Shown in pieces: positions 46,375 to 54,688 of a stretch of DNA of 64,000 bases. The position numbers and the translations under genes are program-made. Each line of letters starts with the position of its first letter. The first letter of the stretch is position 1. Under the pieces are notes generated by a model that was given only the letters and a program-made list of their open reading frames with translations, had not been told where the DNA came from and searched no databases. Origin of the DNA: an uncultured Mycoplasmatota bacterium (GTDB lineage: Bacteria > Bacillota_I > Bacilli_A > RF39 > UBA660); the NCBI GenBank assembly GCA_900549625.1, contig URPE01000003.1, positions 23,107-87,106 of the forward strand. The letters are read 5' to 3'.

Positions 46375-46728
46375 TTATTTTAGCATTTCATTTAATTCTT
46401 CTAGTGATAATTTTTTAATTAATATGTTATTATCGTTTTCATCAATGACATACTTCATAAGTTTTTTTATGGCCTCATAATAGTCTATATCATCTAAAAT
46501 TCCATTATTTGTTGTACTTACAAGCATTAACTTCCATTCATCAACTTCTATATTATCTGCTTTATACAATAGTTTTGGATTTTTAGGAAAAGAAGTTAAA
46601 GTATATTCCGTTAGTGCAAATGCACCAAATGGCTTACCATCTTTGCCATTATAAAAATTTGGATTCCCTACATAAGCATTTTCCCAATCATTATTTTCTT
46701 TCCTCTTAAATTTATCAAATAATCCCAT
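46375..46728 (-). CDS. Hypothetical small protein
   Basis: 117-aa ORF. Its 5' leader shares 23 nt with the leader of 46753-47214. Confidence 0.45.
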   Translation of the reverse strand: MGLFDKFKRKENNDWENAYVGNPNFYNGKDGKPFGAFALTEYTLTSFPKNPKLLYKADNIEVDEWKLMLVSTTNNGILDDIDYYEAIKKLMKYVIDENDNNILIKKLSLEELNEMLK

Positions 46729-46752
46729 AATTTAATACTCCTTTACAAATTA

Positions 46753-47214
46753 CTATTTATAAATTTCAATAAATTTATTCAAGTTTTCTTGATGATAATT
46801 TGCACCTTTAATCTTTTTAGCACAGTTCATTACATATTTTGTGCCATCATTTAGAATAATGGTAATTCTTTTATATATAAAATCTTCATTTTTAATTTTT
46901 ATTTTTTTAATCTCTTCTGGCTTTATATCAATATATCCATTAATATCAAGTTGCATAACTCTATGGTCATCAAGTATAACGGGGATTAGACAAATTTCAT
47001 TTTCATTCTTATTAACAAAATATCCACTTATATTATTTTTTTGTTTAGCCACCTCTATTAGTCCTCCAACTGCTCCAAGAGCTATTGGTAATGCTGATTG
47101 AGGTTTGAAGGTGCCAAAGCAATAATTATATTCATTTCCAAAGCGATTGATTCTTTTAAATAATTTTTCTACATTTTCAAGCAACATATACTTTTCATTA
47201 TTGTATTCTTCCAT
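46753..47214 (-). CDS. Hypothetical small protein
   Basis: 153-aa ORF downstream of the conserved promoter block at 47236-47277. Confidence 0.45.
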   Translation of the reverse strand: MEEYNNEKYMLLENVEKLFKRINRFGNEYNYCFGTFKPQSALPIALGAVGGLIEVAKQKNNISGYFVNKNENEICLIPVILDDHRVMQLDINGYIDIKPEEIKKIKIKNEDFIYKRITIILNDGTKYVMNCAKKIKGANYHQENLNKFIEIYK

Positions 47215-47235
47215 ATTTTGATGCTCCTTTACAAA

Positions 47236-47277
47236 TTACTATTTATCTGTTTATATTATAACATTTATTTTTTTATT
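47236..47277 (-). promoter_or_regulatory. Conserved promoter/leader block, copy 1
   Basis: Minus strand contains TGTTATAAT (extended -10). About 42 nt are nearly identical to 49110-49153. Confidence 0.45.
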
Positions 47278-47422
47278 AATCATCAGATTCATTAAAACTA
47301 ATAAAAAAGAAGAAATTATTAATAAATCCTTCTAAACAATATTATTGCATATACATTGATTATTAATTTTTTCAACATTTAATAACTAAAAAAATTAATA
47401 AGTTTAGGAGGCAATGCTTTTA

Positions 47423-47929
47423 CTACTCATTTTTATCTTCTTCTAAACCATCATGATATTTAATACAGTAATTAATTGCTACTAGTCTTAAAGCAATCCA
47501 AACTAAAGAATCATATAATTGATTATCACTAATATTTGAAGATAAACAATAATTTTTTATATAAGAAATATTTATTGGAATTTCTAATTTTCTTCCATTT
47601 CTTCTTAGTGCCTTGAACAATAAATCATTTGCAATATCATCAGATTCATTAATAATATCAGTATCATCATGTACTTTAATAAAATAATCTGTAATGTCAT
47701 CAACTTGATTAAAGACATTTCTAACTTTTTCCTCAGATTTTTCTTTTAACTCTATTAGTTGATTGTTTATTATTTCCTCAATTATTTTTTCTTTTTCACT
47801 TTCTTTTAAATCTCTAACTAATATAGTTAAATCATCTAAATTATATTCTTGTATTTCTATAATTTGGCTTAAACTCGATACCATTTTTCTTGTAATTCTA
47901 TTTACATAATCATTGTTTTCGTTTTTCAT
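47423..47929 (-). CDS. Hypothetical protein
   Basis: 168-aa ORF. No motif recognised. Confidence 0.45.
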   Translation of the reverse strand: MKNENNDYVNRITRKMVSSLSQIIEIQEYNLDDLTILVRDLKESEKEKIIEEIINNQLIELKEKSEEKVRNVFNQVDDITDYFIKVHDDTDIINESDDIANDLLFKALRRNGRKLEIPINISYIKNYCLSSNISDNQLYDSLVWIALRLVAINYCIKYHDGLEEDKNE

Positions 47930-48054
47930 ATACTATAACTCCCTTTCAATAACCCCTAAACTTATCATAATTAATTATACCATAAATTATTCATAGTGTC
48001 GTACTTTCGTGAATATTTGCCCATTCAATGGGAAAATTATTATAGGTGATATGT

Positions 48055-48507
48055 ATGATAGATAATAATTTAAAATGGTGTCGTGAGGAATTAGAAATGA
48101 CACAAGAAGAATTAGGTATAATATTAGGTGCTAGTAAACAAACCATTTCAAATTGGGAAACAGGTTATACACCAATTCCATTAAATAAATTAGTGAGATT
48201 TGTTAATTTATATGACTACTCATTGGATTTTTTAGTTGGTTTTACTAGAAATAATACTAAATATAATAAATTGATTAAATTAGATAAAAAATTAATAGGC
48301 AAAAATCTAAAGTTATTAAGAGAAAAATTAAATCTAACTCAACAAGAATTATCAGACAGATGTAATTTATATCAATCAACATATAATCATTATGAAAATG
48401 GTTACAGTTTAATAAAAATAATGCCTGCCTATTCGATATGTAAAACATACAATGTTTCTATGGACTGGTTAGTTGGTAGAACTATTAACAAAAATATTGA
48501 AAAATAA
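48055..48507 (+). CDS. XRE-family regulator with two tandem HTH domains
   Basis: Two HTH_3-like units (QEELGIILGASKQTISNWETG and QQELSDRCNLYQSTYNHYENG). The ATG at 48055 follows an AGGTG RBS. Confidence 0.7.
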   Translation: MIDNNLKWCREELEMTQEELGIILGASKQTISNWETGYTPIPLNKLVRFVNLYDYSLDFLVGFTRNNTKYNKLIKLDKKLIGKNLKLLREKLNLTQQELSDRCNLYQSTYNHYENGYSLIKIMPAYSICKTYNVSMDWLVGRTINKNIEK

Positions 48508-48595
48508 AAAAGCGAGAGTATATTAATATAACATATTCTCGCTTTTATAATTATTTAACAAACAACATAATGATATACATTTAAATTATGACTAA

Positions 48596-49090
48596 TTAAG
48601 ATATTGGCTTATTCATTAAATTAACACATTTTCCCTGAATATCATCAATCATAAAAACAATATTAATAAGTTTTCTAATATCTTGGTTGAAAATTTCTAA
48701 ATTAATACTCTTATTAGAAATATCTTCTAAAAATTTTTGATAAACTTCATCCTCATCATATTTAATTGAATTATTTTCATAATGTTTTTTTAGTTCGTCA
48801 TAAATAATCTCAAGGTAAGCATCAGAATAAATATCAAATGAATATAAATAGGATTTTATTTTAGATTTATCAGTCAAAATATTATTTTTTATTTCATCAA
48901 CTTCGTTGCCTTTTGTTAAATCATCAATCCATGGACTAACTTCCTTATCCATAAAATCACAAAATGCTTTCATAAATTCTGGATCAATTTTATTTTCATT
49001 TTTTAAATATTCATTGGCAGCATTTTTTGAAGATACACTTTCTATTTTATTTATTAAGCAAAACATTTCATCAGCTAAATTTTTGTTCAT
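48596..49090 (-). CDS. Hypothetical protein
   Basis: 164-aa ORF downstream of the conserved promoter block at 49110-49153. Confidence 0.45.
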   Translation of the reverse strand: MNKNLADEMFCLINKIESVSSKNAANEYLKNENKIDPEFMKAFCDFMDKEVSPWIDDLTKGNEVDEIKNNILTDKSKIKSYLYSFDIYSDAYLEIIYDELKKHYENNSIKYDEDEVYQKFLEDISNKSINLEIFNQDIRKLINIVFMIDDIQGKCVNLMNKPIS

Positions 49091-49109
49091 AATTTCATCT
49101 CACTTTCAT

Positions 49110-49153
49110 ATTACTATTTATCTATTTAATATTATAACATTTATTCTTTTATT
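49110..49153 (-). promoter_or_regulatory. Conserved promoter/leader block, copy 2
   Basis: Minus strand contains TGTTATAAT. Near-identical to 47236-47277. Confidence 0.45.
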
Positions 49154-49182
49154 CATTAAGCCTAGGAAAAAAGAATGAATTA

Positions 49183-50208
49183 TTAGTAATCCATCCTAAA
49201 TGACACAACTGCATACCATTGACCATTTATTTCATAGACACTTGCTGCAATTGCCGTGTTTTGCTCTCTTAGCATTGTAGCATTATGTGATGGACTATTT
49301 TTCCAAGCCATAATAAAATCTCCACCAGCATCACCATGTCCAATTATTTCACCAAAACCATAACCAGCTCCATCATGAGAATAATAGTTAACTAACTCCT
49401 TTGATCTTCTATCTGCCTCTGCTTGTGCTTCTGTTGTTACTGGTAATTCAGAAAGTCCATTTGCTCTTCTATAAGCATTTATCTGACTTACATAAGTATT
49501 TGAAATATCCTTTCTATACCCAATTGAAGGAGAACTTTGCTGAGTTGAATTTGATTGGAATGATTTATTATAACTATTATTTGAACTATTATTATTACTA
49601 TTATTTTTGGTCGCTACAGTTTTTTCTTCTTCTTTTTCTTTCACTTTTAAAGTAAACTCTTTTGACGAAATATTATTACTTTCATCTTTAGCGACAATTT
49701 TTAATTTATATTCACCTACTTTTGATAAATCATATTCTCCATCTACTAGTAATGAAACATTTGATAGATCTTTTGCTTCAAAATAATCGGATAAATTTAA
49801 GCTCTCTGTATTTTTTTCTAATTCAATAACTTCTTTTGAGGAAATAAATTCAGGTGCTATAGTATCAACTACCTCAATAACAAATTTTTTCTCATCTATT
49901 TTATTCTTAATAGTAAGATTATATTTGCCTAATGGTACAATATTATCTTTTTCTTTAATAAATTTTCCATTTTCAATTTTTAATTTATCAGAAGTTATTT
50001 TATAATCTTTTATATTACTAATAGAATCGGTATTTTTCAAATAATAAGAAACATCCGAAGTTATATCATCACCCAATTCATATACAAATTTTTCTTGATT
50101 TAATTCAATTTTATTTTTTTCTTTTGTAATGATTACCAATACAAATACAAATATAACTATAATTATTACTATCAAAATTGGTATAAATATTTTTAATTTT
50201 TTCTTCAT
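49183..50208 (-). CDS. Membrane-anchored CAP/SCP (YkwD-like) domain protein with Ig-like (DUF5011-type) domains
   Basis: N-terminal TM. C-terminus has INAYRRANGLSEL...HDGAGYGFGEIIGHG...WKNSPSHNATML. The ATG at 50208 follows a GGAGGAG RBS. Confidence 0.7.
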   Translation of the reverse strand: MKKKLKIFIPILIVIIIVIFVFVLVIITKEKNKIELNQEKFVYELGDDITSDVSYYLKNTDSISNIKDYKITSDKLKIENGKFIKEKDNIVPLGKYNLTIKNKIDEKKFVIEVVDTIAPEFISSKEVIELEKNTESLNLSDYFEAKDLSNVSLLVDGEYDLSKVGEYKLKIVAKDESNNISSKEFTLKVKEKEEEKTVATKNNSNNNSSNNSYNKSFQSNSTQQSSPSIGYRKDISNTYVSQINAYRRANGLSELPVTTEAQAEADRRSKELVNYYSHDGAGYGFGEIIGHGDAGGDFIMAWKNSPSHNATMLREQNTAIAASVYEINGQWYAVVSFRMDY

Positions 50209-50266
50209 AAACTCCTCCAACTGCTATGTTATTAATGTGGTTGTATAACCACATTATAATATATTT

Positions 50267-50728
50267 TTAATCTAAGTAGAAATAATAAGTTTTATCATAA
50301 ATAAATTCCACTTGATTCGAATAAACAGCTAAATAGAAATATGCTCTATTTTTTTGTCTTCTAATTTGTCTTTCACTTATATTTATTTTTTTTGCTATTT
50401 CCTTGTCAGTGTATCCATAAAAACATTTTAATCTTAAAAACTCTGCGATTGTTTTGTCTATTTTTTGAATTTTCAAAACACTTTTTATATAATTAGCAAT
50501 TTGATCATCATGCCATGATAATACTTTTAATAATTTATCAGAAGCAGATGAACCAGTTGTTCCACTTGAGAATAACAAAATACTTGCCGAATTAAATGAA
50601 CTTGTATTTAATTGCCTTAATCTTTTTTCAACAAGTGGTTGATATAATTCACATACTTCTCTACCATTCATAGCTGTTTTTTCTATATCTATTTTTGATA
50701 TTATTTTACTATCAAAAATATCAAGCAT
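50267..50728 (-). CDS. Sigma-70 region-4-like HTH protein (small sigma/regulator of a mobile element)
   Basis: C-terminal segment YGYTDKEIAKKINISERQIRRQKNRAYFYL. Confidence 0.5.
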   Translation of the reverse strand: MLDIFDSKIISKIDIEKTAMNGREVCELYQPLVEKRLRQLNTSSFNSASILLFSSGTTGSSASDKLLKVLSWHDDQIANYIKSVLKIQKIDKTIAEFLRLKCFYGYTDKEIAKKINISERQIRRQKNRAYFYLAVYSNQVEFIYDKTYYFYLD

Positions 50729-50982
50729 TATTCAGATTCCACAGTATCTTCTACATTAGATTCTTTTTCAGTTATTTTGCGAACATTAACAGCTTTTTCA
50801 AGCTCTTCATCATAATCAAAAATAACTGCTTCATTTTCTTCTAAAGTTTTATATCCTTTCATTTGAATATCTGAAAAATGAACATACACATCATTTTTAA
50901 TTTCATCACATTGAATGAAACCATATCCCTTCTCGTTACTAAACCACTTAACATTTCCTCTCATATTTACTTTTTCTTGCAT
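50728..50982 (-). CDS. Cold-shock domain protein
   Basis: RNP1 (KGYGFI) and RNP2 (VYVHF) motifs, with an acidic C-terminal tail. Confidence 0.85.
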   Translation of the reverse strand: MQEKVNMRGNVKWFSNEKGYGFIQCDEIKNDVYVHFSDIQMKGYKTLEENEAVIFDYDEELEKAVNVRKITEKESNVEDTVESE

Positions 50983-51611
50983 TTTCTATTATCTCCTTTT
51001 CCATTCTTATTTACTACTATATTTACTGCTGTTTCATTTACTGCTAAATCATATAGTCTATTAATCCTTTTTAATATATAATCAATAGATAATATTATTA
51101 CTGCAACTACTACCACTAAATAAAAACTTCTCATTAAACTACCAAGAATCATAAAATTATAATTCAATAAAGCACTACATGGTAAAAATAATATTGATTT
51201 AATTAAAGTATTTATTATATTTTTACAATTCAAATTATTTTTTTTACCATAATATACAACTAAAAACATCATAATAACAAAAGTAATTATATAAGTATTT
51301 AATACAAATTTTCTTAAATCAATTAATTTTATCAAATTTGTATTATTGTTCAAACAATTAAAATTATCAAATATTGAAAATATAGTGTTAGTTGATAAAT
51401 ATAAACAATATATAATTATTAAAAATATTAATACAACTTTTAAATATTTCATTATAATTGATAACTTATGGTAAAATTGCATTCTTTTGTTATTTCCTTC
51501 ATCTTTCCAATACTCTTCTGCACTACTATTAAATAAATCCTTATAAAACTGCTTTATCTTTTTAATTGTTTTTCCTCCTTCTAAATCCCATTGATATTGA
51601 TAAAGCATCAT
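50967..51611 (-). CDS. Polytopic membrane protein
   Basis: Four hydrophobic segments. The true start is probably internal (MQFYHK...), because the 5' end overlaps the toxin gene. Confidence 0.4.
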   Translation of the reverse strand: MMLYQYQWDLEGGKTIKKIKQFYKDLFNSSAEEYWKDEGNNKRMQFYHKLSIIMKYLKVVLIFLIIIYCLYLSTNTIFSIFDNFNCLNNNTNLIKLIDLRKFVLNTYIITFVIMMFLVVYYGKKNNLNCKNIINTLIKSILFLPCSALLNYNFMILGSLMRSFYLVVVVAVIILSIDYILKRINRLYDLAVNETAVNIVVNKNGKGDNRKCKKK

Positions 51612-51903
51612 CTATTTTCCTCATAGTTTTATCATCAAATGATTTTACATAGTGTATTACTTGATCTTTTGAAATAGTTAAAATACATTCACACAAAGCC
51701 ATTGTTTCACATCCTAATATAACATGAACTGGTAAGTAAGTTTTTTTTATTTTTGATGTAAGGGGGATAACTATTAAAGTCGGAGAGAATTTATTACCAT
51801 CATCATTTTGAACAACTACGCAAGGTCTTTTTCCAGATTGAACATGTTTAGATTTATTATACAATTGAACAAAATAGACATCTCCTCTTTTGATTTTTTT
51901 CAT
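51562..51903 (-). CDS. MazF/PemK-family type II toxin (endoribonuclease)
   Basis: KRGDVYFVQL...GKRPCVVVQND...TLIVIPLTSK pattern, 113 aa. Confidence 0.75.
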   Translation of the reverse strand: MKKIKRGDVYFVQLYNKSKHVQSGKRPCVVVQNDDGNKFSPTLIVIPLTSKIKKTYLPVHVILGCETMALCECILTISKDQVIHYVKSFDDKTMRKIDDALSISMGFRRRKNN

Positions 51904-52166
51904 ATAAAATAACTTTTAACCACACATTCTATTTCCAAAATATAATAAGCATCTAATGGATATTTAACCTTTCTTCTCCTCTTTAAATATTTATTTTCGT
52001 AAACAATCTTTAAAACACATGGATAACCTTGCCTTTTTAAAATTTCAATAATTTTTTCCTTTCCAATCTTTTTTACTATCTCTCTTCCACAACAACAATT
52101 ACCAAATTTTCTTAGATGACGCAAAATCCAATCAGGGATTTCTGTATTTTCCTCTTGAAAATCCAT
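51900..52166 (-). CDS. Hypothetical protein, candidate cognate antitoxin by position
   Basis: 88-aa ORF with a 4-nt overlap with the toxin start. No MazE/AbrB or RHH motif recognised. Confidence 0.35.
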   Translation of the reverse strand: MDFQEENTEIPDWILRHLRKFGNCCCGREIVKKIGKEKIIEILKRQGYPCVLKIVYENKYLKRRRKVKYPLDAYYILEIECVVKSYFI

Positions 52167-52187
52167 GATAGTTCCCCTCTCAAATTT

Positions 52188-52379
52188 TTAGAATAATTTG
52201 ATTAAATCAAAATCAAATTCACTTCCTACTTCAAAAAATTTTACTTCATCATCTCCATCAAACAAATAATAAATAATATTATCAATTACTTTAATGATTG
52301 TGAGAAAATATCCGTGATTATCTGATAAGGTATTAAAAACTTTGTACCTATCTTTTTCCTTATATTCTAAATGAATCAT
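52188..52379 (-). CDS. Small hypothetical protein
   Basis: 63-aa ORF. RBS AAAGGG directly downstream of the palindrome at 52394-52411. Confidence 0.4.
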   Translation of the reverse strand: MIHLEYKEKDRYKVFNTLSDNHGYFLTIIKVIDNIIYYLFDGDDEVKFFEVGSEFDFDLIKLF

Positions 52380-52393
52380 CCCTTTCTTTCATC

Positions 52394-52411
52394 TGTCTAC
52401 AATAGTAGACA
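52394..52411. promoter_or_regulatory. 18-bp palindrome, copy 3
   Basis: Identical sequence, just upstream of the RBS of 52188-52379. Confidence 0.6.
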
Positions 52412-52502
52412 ATTAGGGTAAAAAAATAATTTCTTACTCCTATTTTAACAACTATTATTTACTATTTTATTAACAATCACCTCCAAACGAACTTCCAGAG
52501 GT

Positions 52503-52520
52503 TGTCTACTATTGTAGACA
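52503..52520. promoter_or_regulatory. 18-bp palindrome, copy 4 (centre TATT on the plus strand)
   Basis: TGTCTACTATTGTAGACA, located 91 nt from copy 3. Confidence 0.6.
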
Positions 52521-52587
52521 CCTTATGTTAAAATAATAACCTTTTATTTAAAAAAAGTCAAGACCTATAATAAATAATATTTGTTTC

Positions 52588-52618
52588 AAAGAAAACTGTA
52601 TAGAAACAATCTATACAG
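52588..52618 (-). terminator. Rho-independent terminator after 52631-52939
   Basis: Minus strand: CTGTATAG-ATTGTTT-CTATACAG followed by TTTTCTTT. Confidence 0.6.
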
Positions 52619-52630
52619 CCGATACCTTTT

Positions 52631-52939
52631 TCAGTTTTTTATTGTTGTTACACAATCACTTAGCGTTGTAATTGTTTTGTCCAATTTTGCCTCGTCTTCA
52701 ACTGAAATGATACCGAGAGTACCAATTAATTCTATTAATTGTTCATACTTTACTGCCAAAGAATTACATAATAGAAGTTCATTTATAGTTTTATTATAAT
52801 CTTCTTCTACTTTGCTTAATTTTTTTATAACATCTTTCAATACTTCTTTTGATATATTTTCTTCCTCATTAATACATCTATTTAATACTTCCAAAACTAC
52901 TTTTACTTCATTTACTGCTAATCTTTCTTCTTTAGTCAT
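52631..52939 (-). CDS. Hypothetical coiled-coil protein
   Basis: 102-aa ORF. No motif recognised. Confidence 0.45.
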   Translation of the reverse strand: MTKEERLAVNEVKVVLEVLNRCINEEENISKEVLKDVIKKLSKVEEDYNKTINELLLCNSLAVKYEQLIELIGTLGIISVEDEAKLDKTITTLSDCVTTIKN

Positions 52940-52942
52940 TTT

Positions 52943-53203
52943 CTAACTTTCCTTTCCAATTGGTACTTCTTCTTTTCGTGATGTTTTATCCTTCAAACTA
53001 TCTAAGCATTTTTCTAACACACGAATTGTAGATTCTTCGTCCAACTGAGTCGTTAATGCAATATCATTATTTTTAATAATAATTTTTATGCACCTAGTTT
53101 GACTTGAAGACTGCATTTTATACAAAATTTCACCTGCCTTTCTAATAGTCAGGATGAAAACATCACCCTTAGTCCTATTGCCATAAATACTCCTCCACTT
53201 CAT
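52943..53203 (-). CDS. Small hypothetical protein transcribed divergently from the XRE gene
   Basis: 86-aa ORF. No clear RBS at the first ATG, so the start is uncertain. Confidence 0.35.
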   Translation of the reverse strand: MKWRSIYGNRTKGDVFILTIRKAGEILYKMQSSSQTRCIKIIIKNNDIALTTQLDEESTIRVLEKCLDSLKDKTSRKEEVPIGKES

Positions 53204-53261
53204 TTACTGCAAATATAGCTTTCTGCTATACATAAGATATATTATCAAAAAAAATTCCACT

Positions 53262-53279
53262 TGTCTACTATTGTAGTCT
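53262..53279. promoter_or_regulatory. 18-bp palindrome, copy 5 (two mismatches in the right arm)
   Basis: TGTCTACTATTGTAGTCT, in the divergent intergenic region 53204-53375. Confidence 0.5.
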
Positions 53280-53304
53280 ATTTAAAATTTTGTCGTTTAA
53301 TTTT

Positions 53305-53322
53305 AGTACACAATAGTAGACA
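53305..53322. promoter_or_regulatory. Half-conserved palindrome, copy 6, overlapping the -35 of the XRE gene promoter
   Basis: AGTACACAATAGTAGACA. The right arm TAGACA (53317-22), a 17-nt spacer and TAAAAT (53340-45) form a plus-strand promoter for 53376-53774. Confidence 0.5.
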
Positions 53323-53375
53323 TTTTAAAAAAAAGATAGTAAAATGGTTATGAAGTCTTAAGAGAGGAAAATATT

Positions 53376-53774
53376 ATGAGTAATGAAGAAGCTTTAGCAT
53401 TAATAATCAAAAAATATTGTGTTGTTCATAATATCAGTTATTCAGAGTTTGCAAGAGAAACAGGAGTAAGTAGAGCTTATATCAATAGAATAATAAGCAA
53501 TAAATGTGGTAAATTTGGGATTTCATCAACTATAAAAGAATTGATTGCAAAAGGATTACATACCAGTATGCCACAATTAGAACAACAAATTGAACAATGC
53601 AAAAATAATAATGATGTAAAATTTGATGATGAAATTGCAAATACAATTTCAAGTATTGTTAATGAATTAAAAAAATATGATATAAATGATCTTGAAACTA
53701 TTCAAAGTATTATTTCTGAATCTAATTCTCAAAGATTAAAAATTATTTATAATCTTCTTAAAAATATGAAATGA
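53376..53774 (+). CDS. XRE-family HTH regulator (candidate master repressor of the element)
   Basis: HTH (ISYSEFARETGVSRAYINRIISN). Transcribed divergently from the minus-strand genes, with palindromes in its promoter. Confidence 0.7.
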   Translation: MSNEEALALIIKKYCVVHNISYSEFARETGVSRAYINRIISNKCGKFGISSTIKELIAKGLHTSMPQLEQQIEQCKNNNDVKFDDEIANTISSIVNELKKYDINDLETIQSIISESNSQRLKIIYNLLKNMK

Positions 53775-53792
53775 CATATTTTTTTTATTTGT

Positions 53793-54614
53793 TTAAATAT
53801 CCATTTCATAATCGTATTCATCTTCTATTTCTTGACTTACTTCATTTTTTTCTTTAAACCACCCTAATTCTTCATTCCATTCAATCTCATTATTTATAAG
53901 TTTATCAATATTATTTAAAATTGCAGATTTAAAATATCCAAATTTATTTTTAATAGGTTCATTATTTTCATCAATGAAATTATGACTAACTACCCTTGGT
54001 ATAATATAATGAGTTATTATTATCAAATCAGTTAATTCATACTTTTGAATTAATTCATTAAATAAATTATCATAATATACAATTTGTAAATCATCAATTT
54101 CAATATACTTTCTATTTATTAATTCATTTGTAAGGATGTTATGATTTTTAGGATTATAAAATTCGGAATCCAAATTTTTAAATTCATTTAAAATGGTTTT
54201 ATCGTCTTTATCTATTTGTTCGTTAGTTCTTTGTTCTTTAGTATTTATTTGGGTATCATTTTCTACTGGTTGATTATCCACAGGTGGATTTCCTACCTCT
54301 GGATTTTTTTCTTGTACTATTTCTACAGGTTGTTCATAAATATTGTATACATACTCAAAGTATCCCTTATTATTACGAACCTTATCAATAATTAAATATC
54401 TTTTTCGTTTTAATTCTTTCAATGTACTCTTAATAGCCGTTTCTTGTTCCTTACAAATCGCACACAATCCATTTAGAGAATAGTCCCAATCAGAAGGCAA
54501 TGATAACATAAAAGACAACAATCCTTTCGCTTTTAAGCTAAGATCTTTATCCCTTAAATGATAATTACTCATTATGGTGTAATTCTTCGTTTTTTCAACT
54601 TTAAATACTGCCAT
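53793..54614 (-). CDS. HTH / DnaD-like replication-initiator-type protein of mobile elements
   Basis: N-terminus (NYTIMSNYHLRDKDLSLKAKGLLSFMLSLPSDWDYSLNGL...KELKRKRYL) resembles winged-helix replication/replisome-organizer proteins of Firmicutes elements (recognised from memory). Confidence 0.5.
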   Translation of the reverse strand: MAVFKVEKTKNYTIMSNYHLRDKDLSLKAKGLLSFMLSLPSDWDYSLNGLCAICKEQETAIKSTLKELKRKRYLIIDKVRNNKGYFEYVYNIYEQPVEIVQEKNPEVGNPPVDNQPVENDTQINTKEQRTNEQIDKDDKTILNEFKNLDSEFYNPKNHNILTNELINRKYIEIDDLQIVYYDNLFNELIQKYELTDLIIITHYIIPRVVSHNFIDENNEPIKNKFGYFKSAILNNIDKLINNEIEWNEELGWFKEKNEVSQEIEDEYDYEMDI

Positions 54615-54641
54615 ATTATCATCCTTTCTATTTTATTGCAT

Positions 54642-54680
54642 AAAAAAACAAGCTAATAACTTATATCAACTTGTCTTTTC
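54642..54680 (-). terminator. Weak terminator-like hairpin after valS
   Basis: Minus strand: ACAAG, a 17-nt loop and CTTGT, followed by TTTTTTT. Only a 5-bp stem. Confidence 0.3.
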
Positions 54681-54688
54681 AAGCATTA

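Larger units (their letters stand above)
1..54614. mobile_element. Partial conjugative element (ICE or integrated conjugative plasmid). The left end is outside the window and the right boundary is uncertain (54.6-57.2 kb).
   Basis: Contiguous minus-strand T4SS genes (VirB4, T4CP, PrgI-like, VirB6-like, CHAP hydrolase, primase) plus a recombinase, regulators, a toxin and a replication-initiator-like gene. The same 18-bp palindrome occurs at both ends of the span. Confidence 0.7.

Noticed and set aside
2452-53322. The 18-bp palindromes read as terminal inverted repeats of an IS or MITE.
   Set aside because: Each copy is an isolated 18-bp site with no second shared flank, no target duplication and no transposase. 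Their positions just upstream of RBSs and in a divergent promoter fit a regulatory role.
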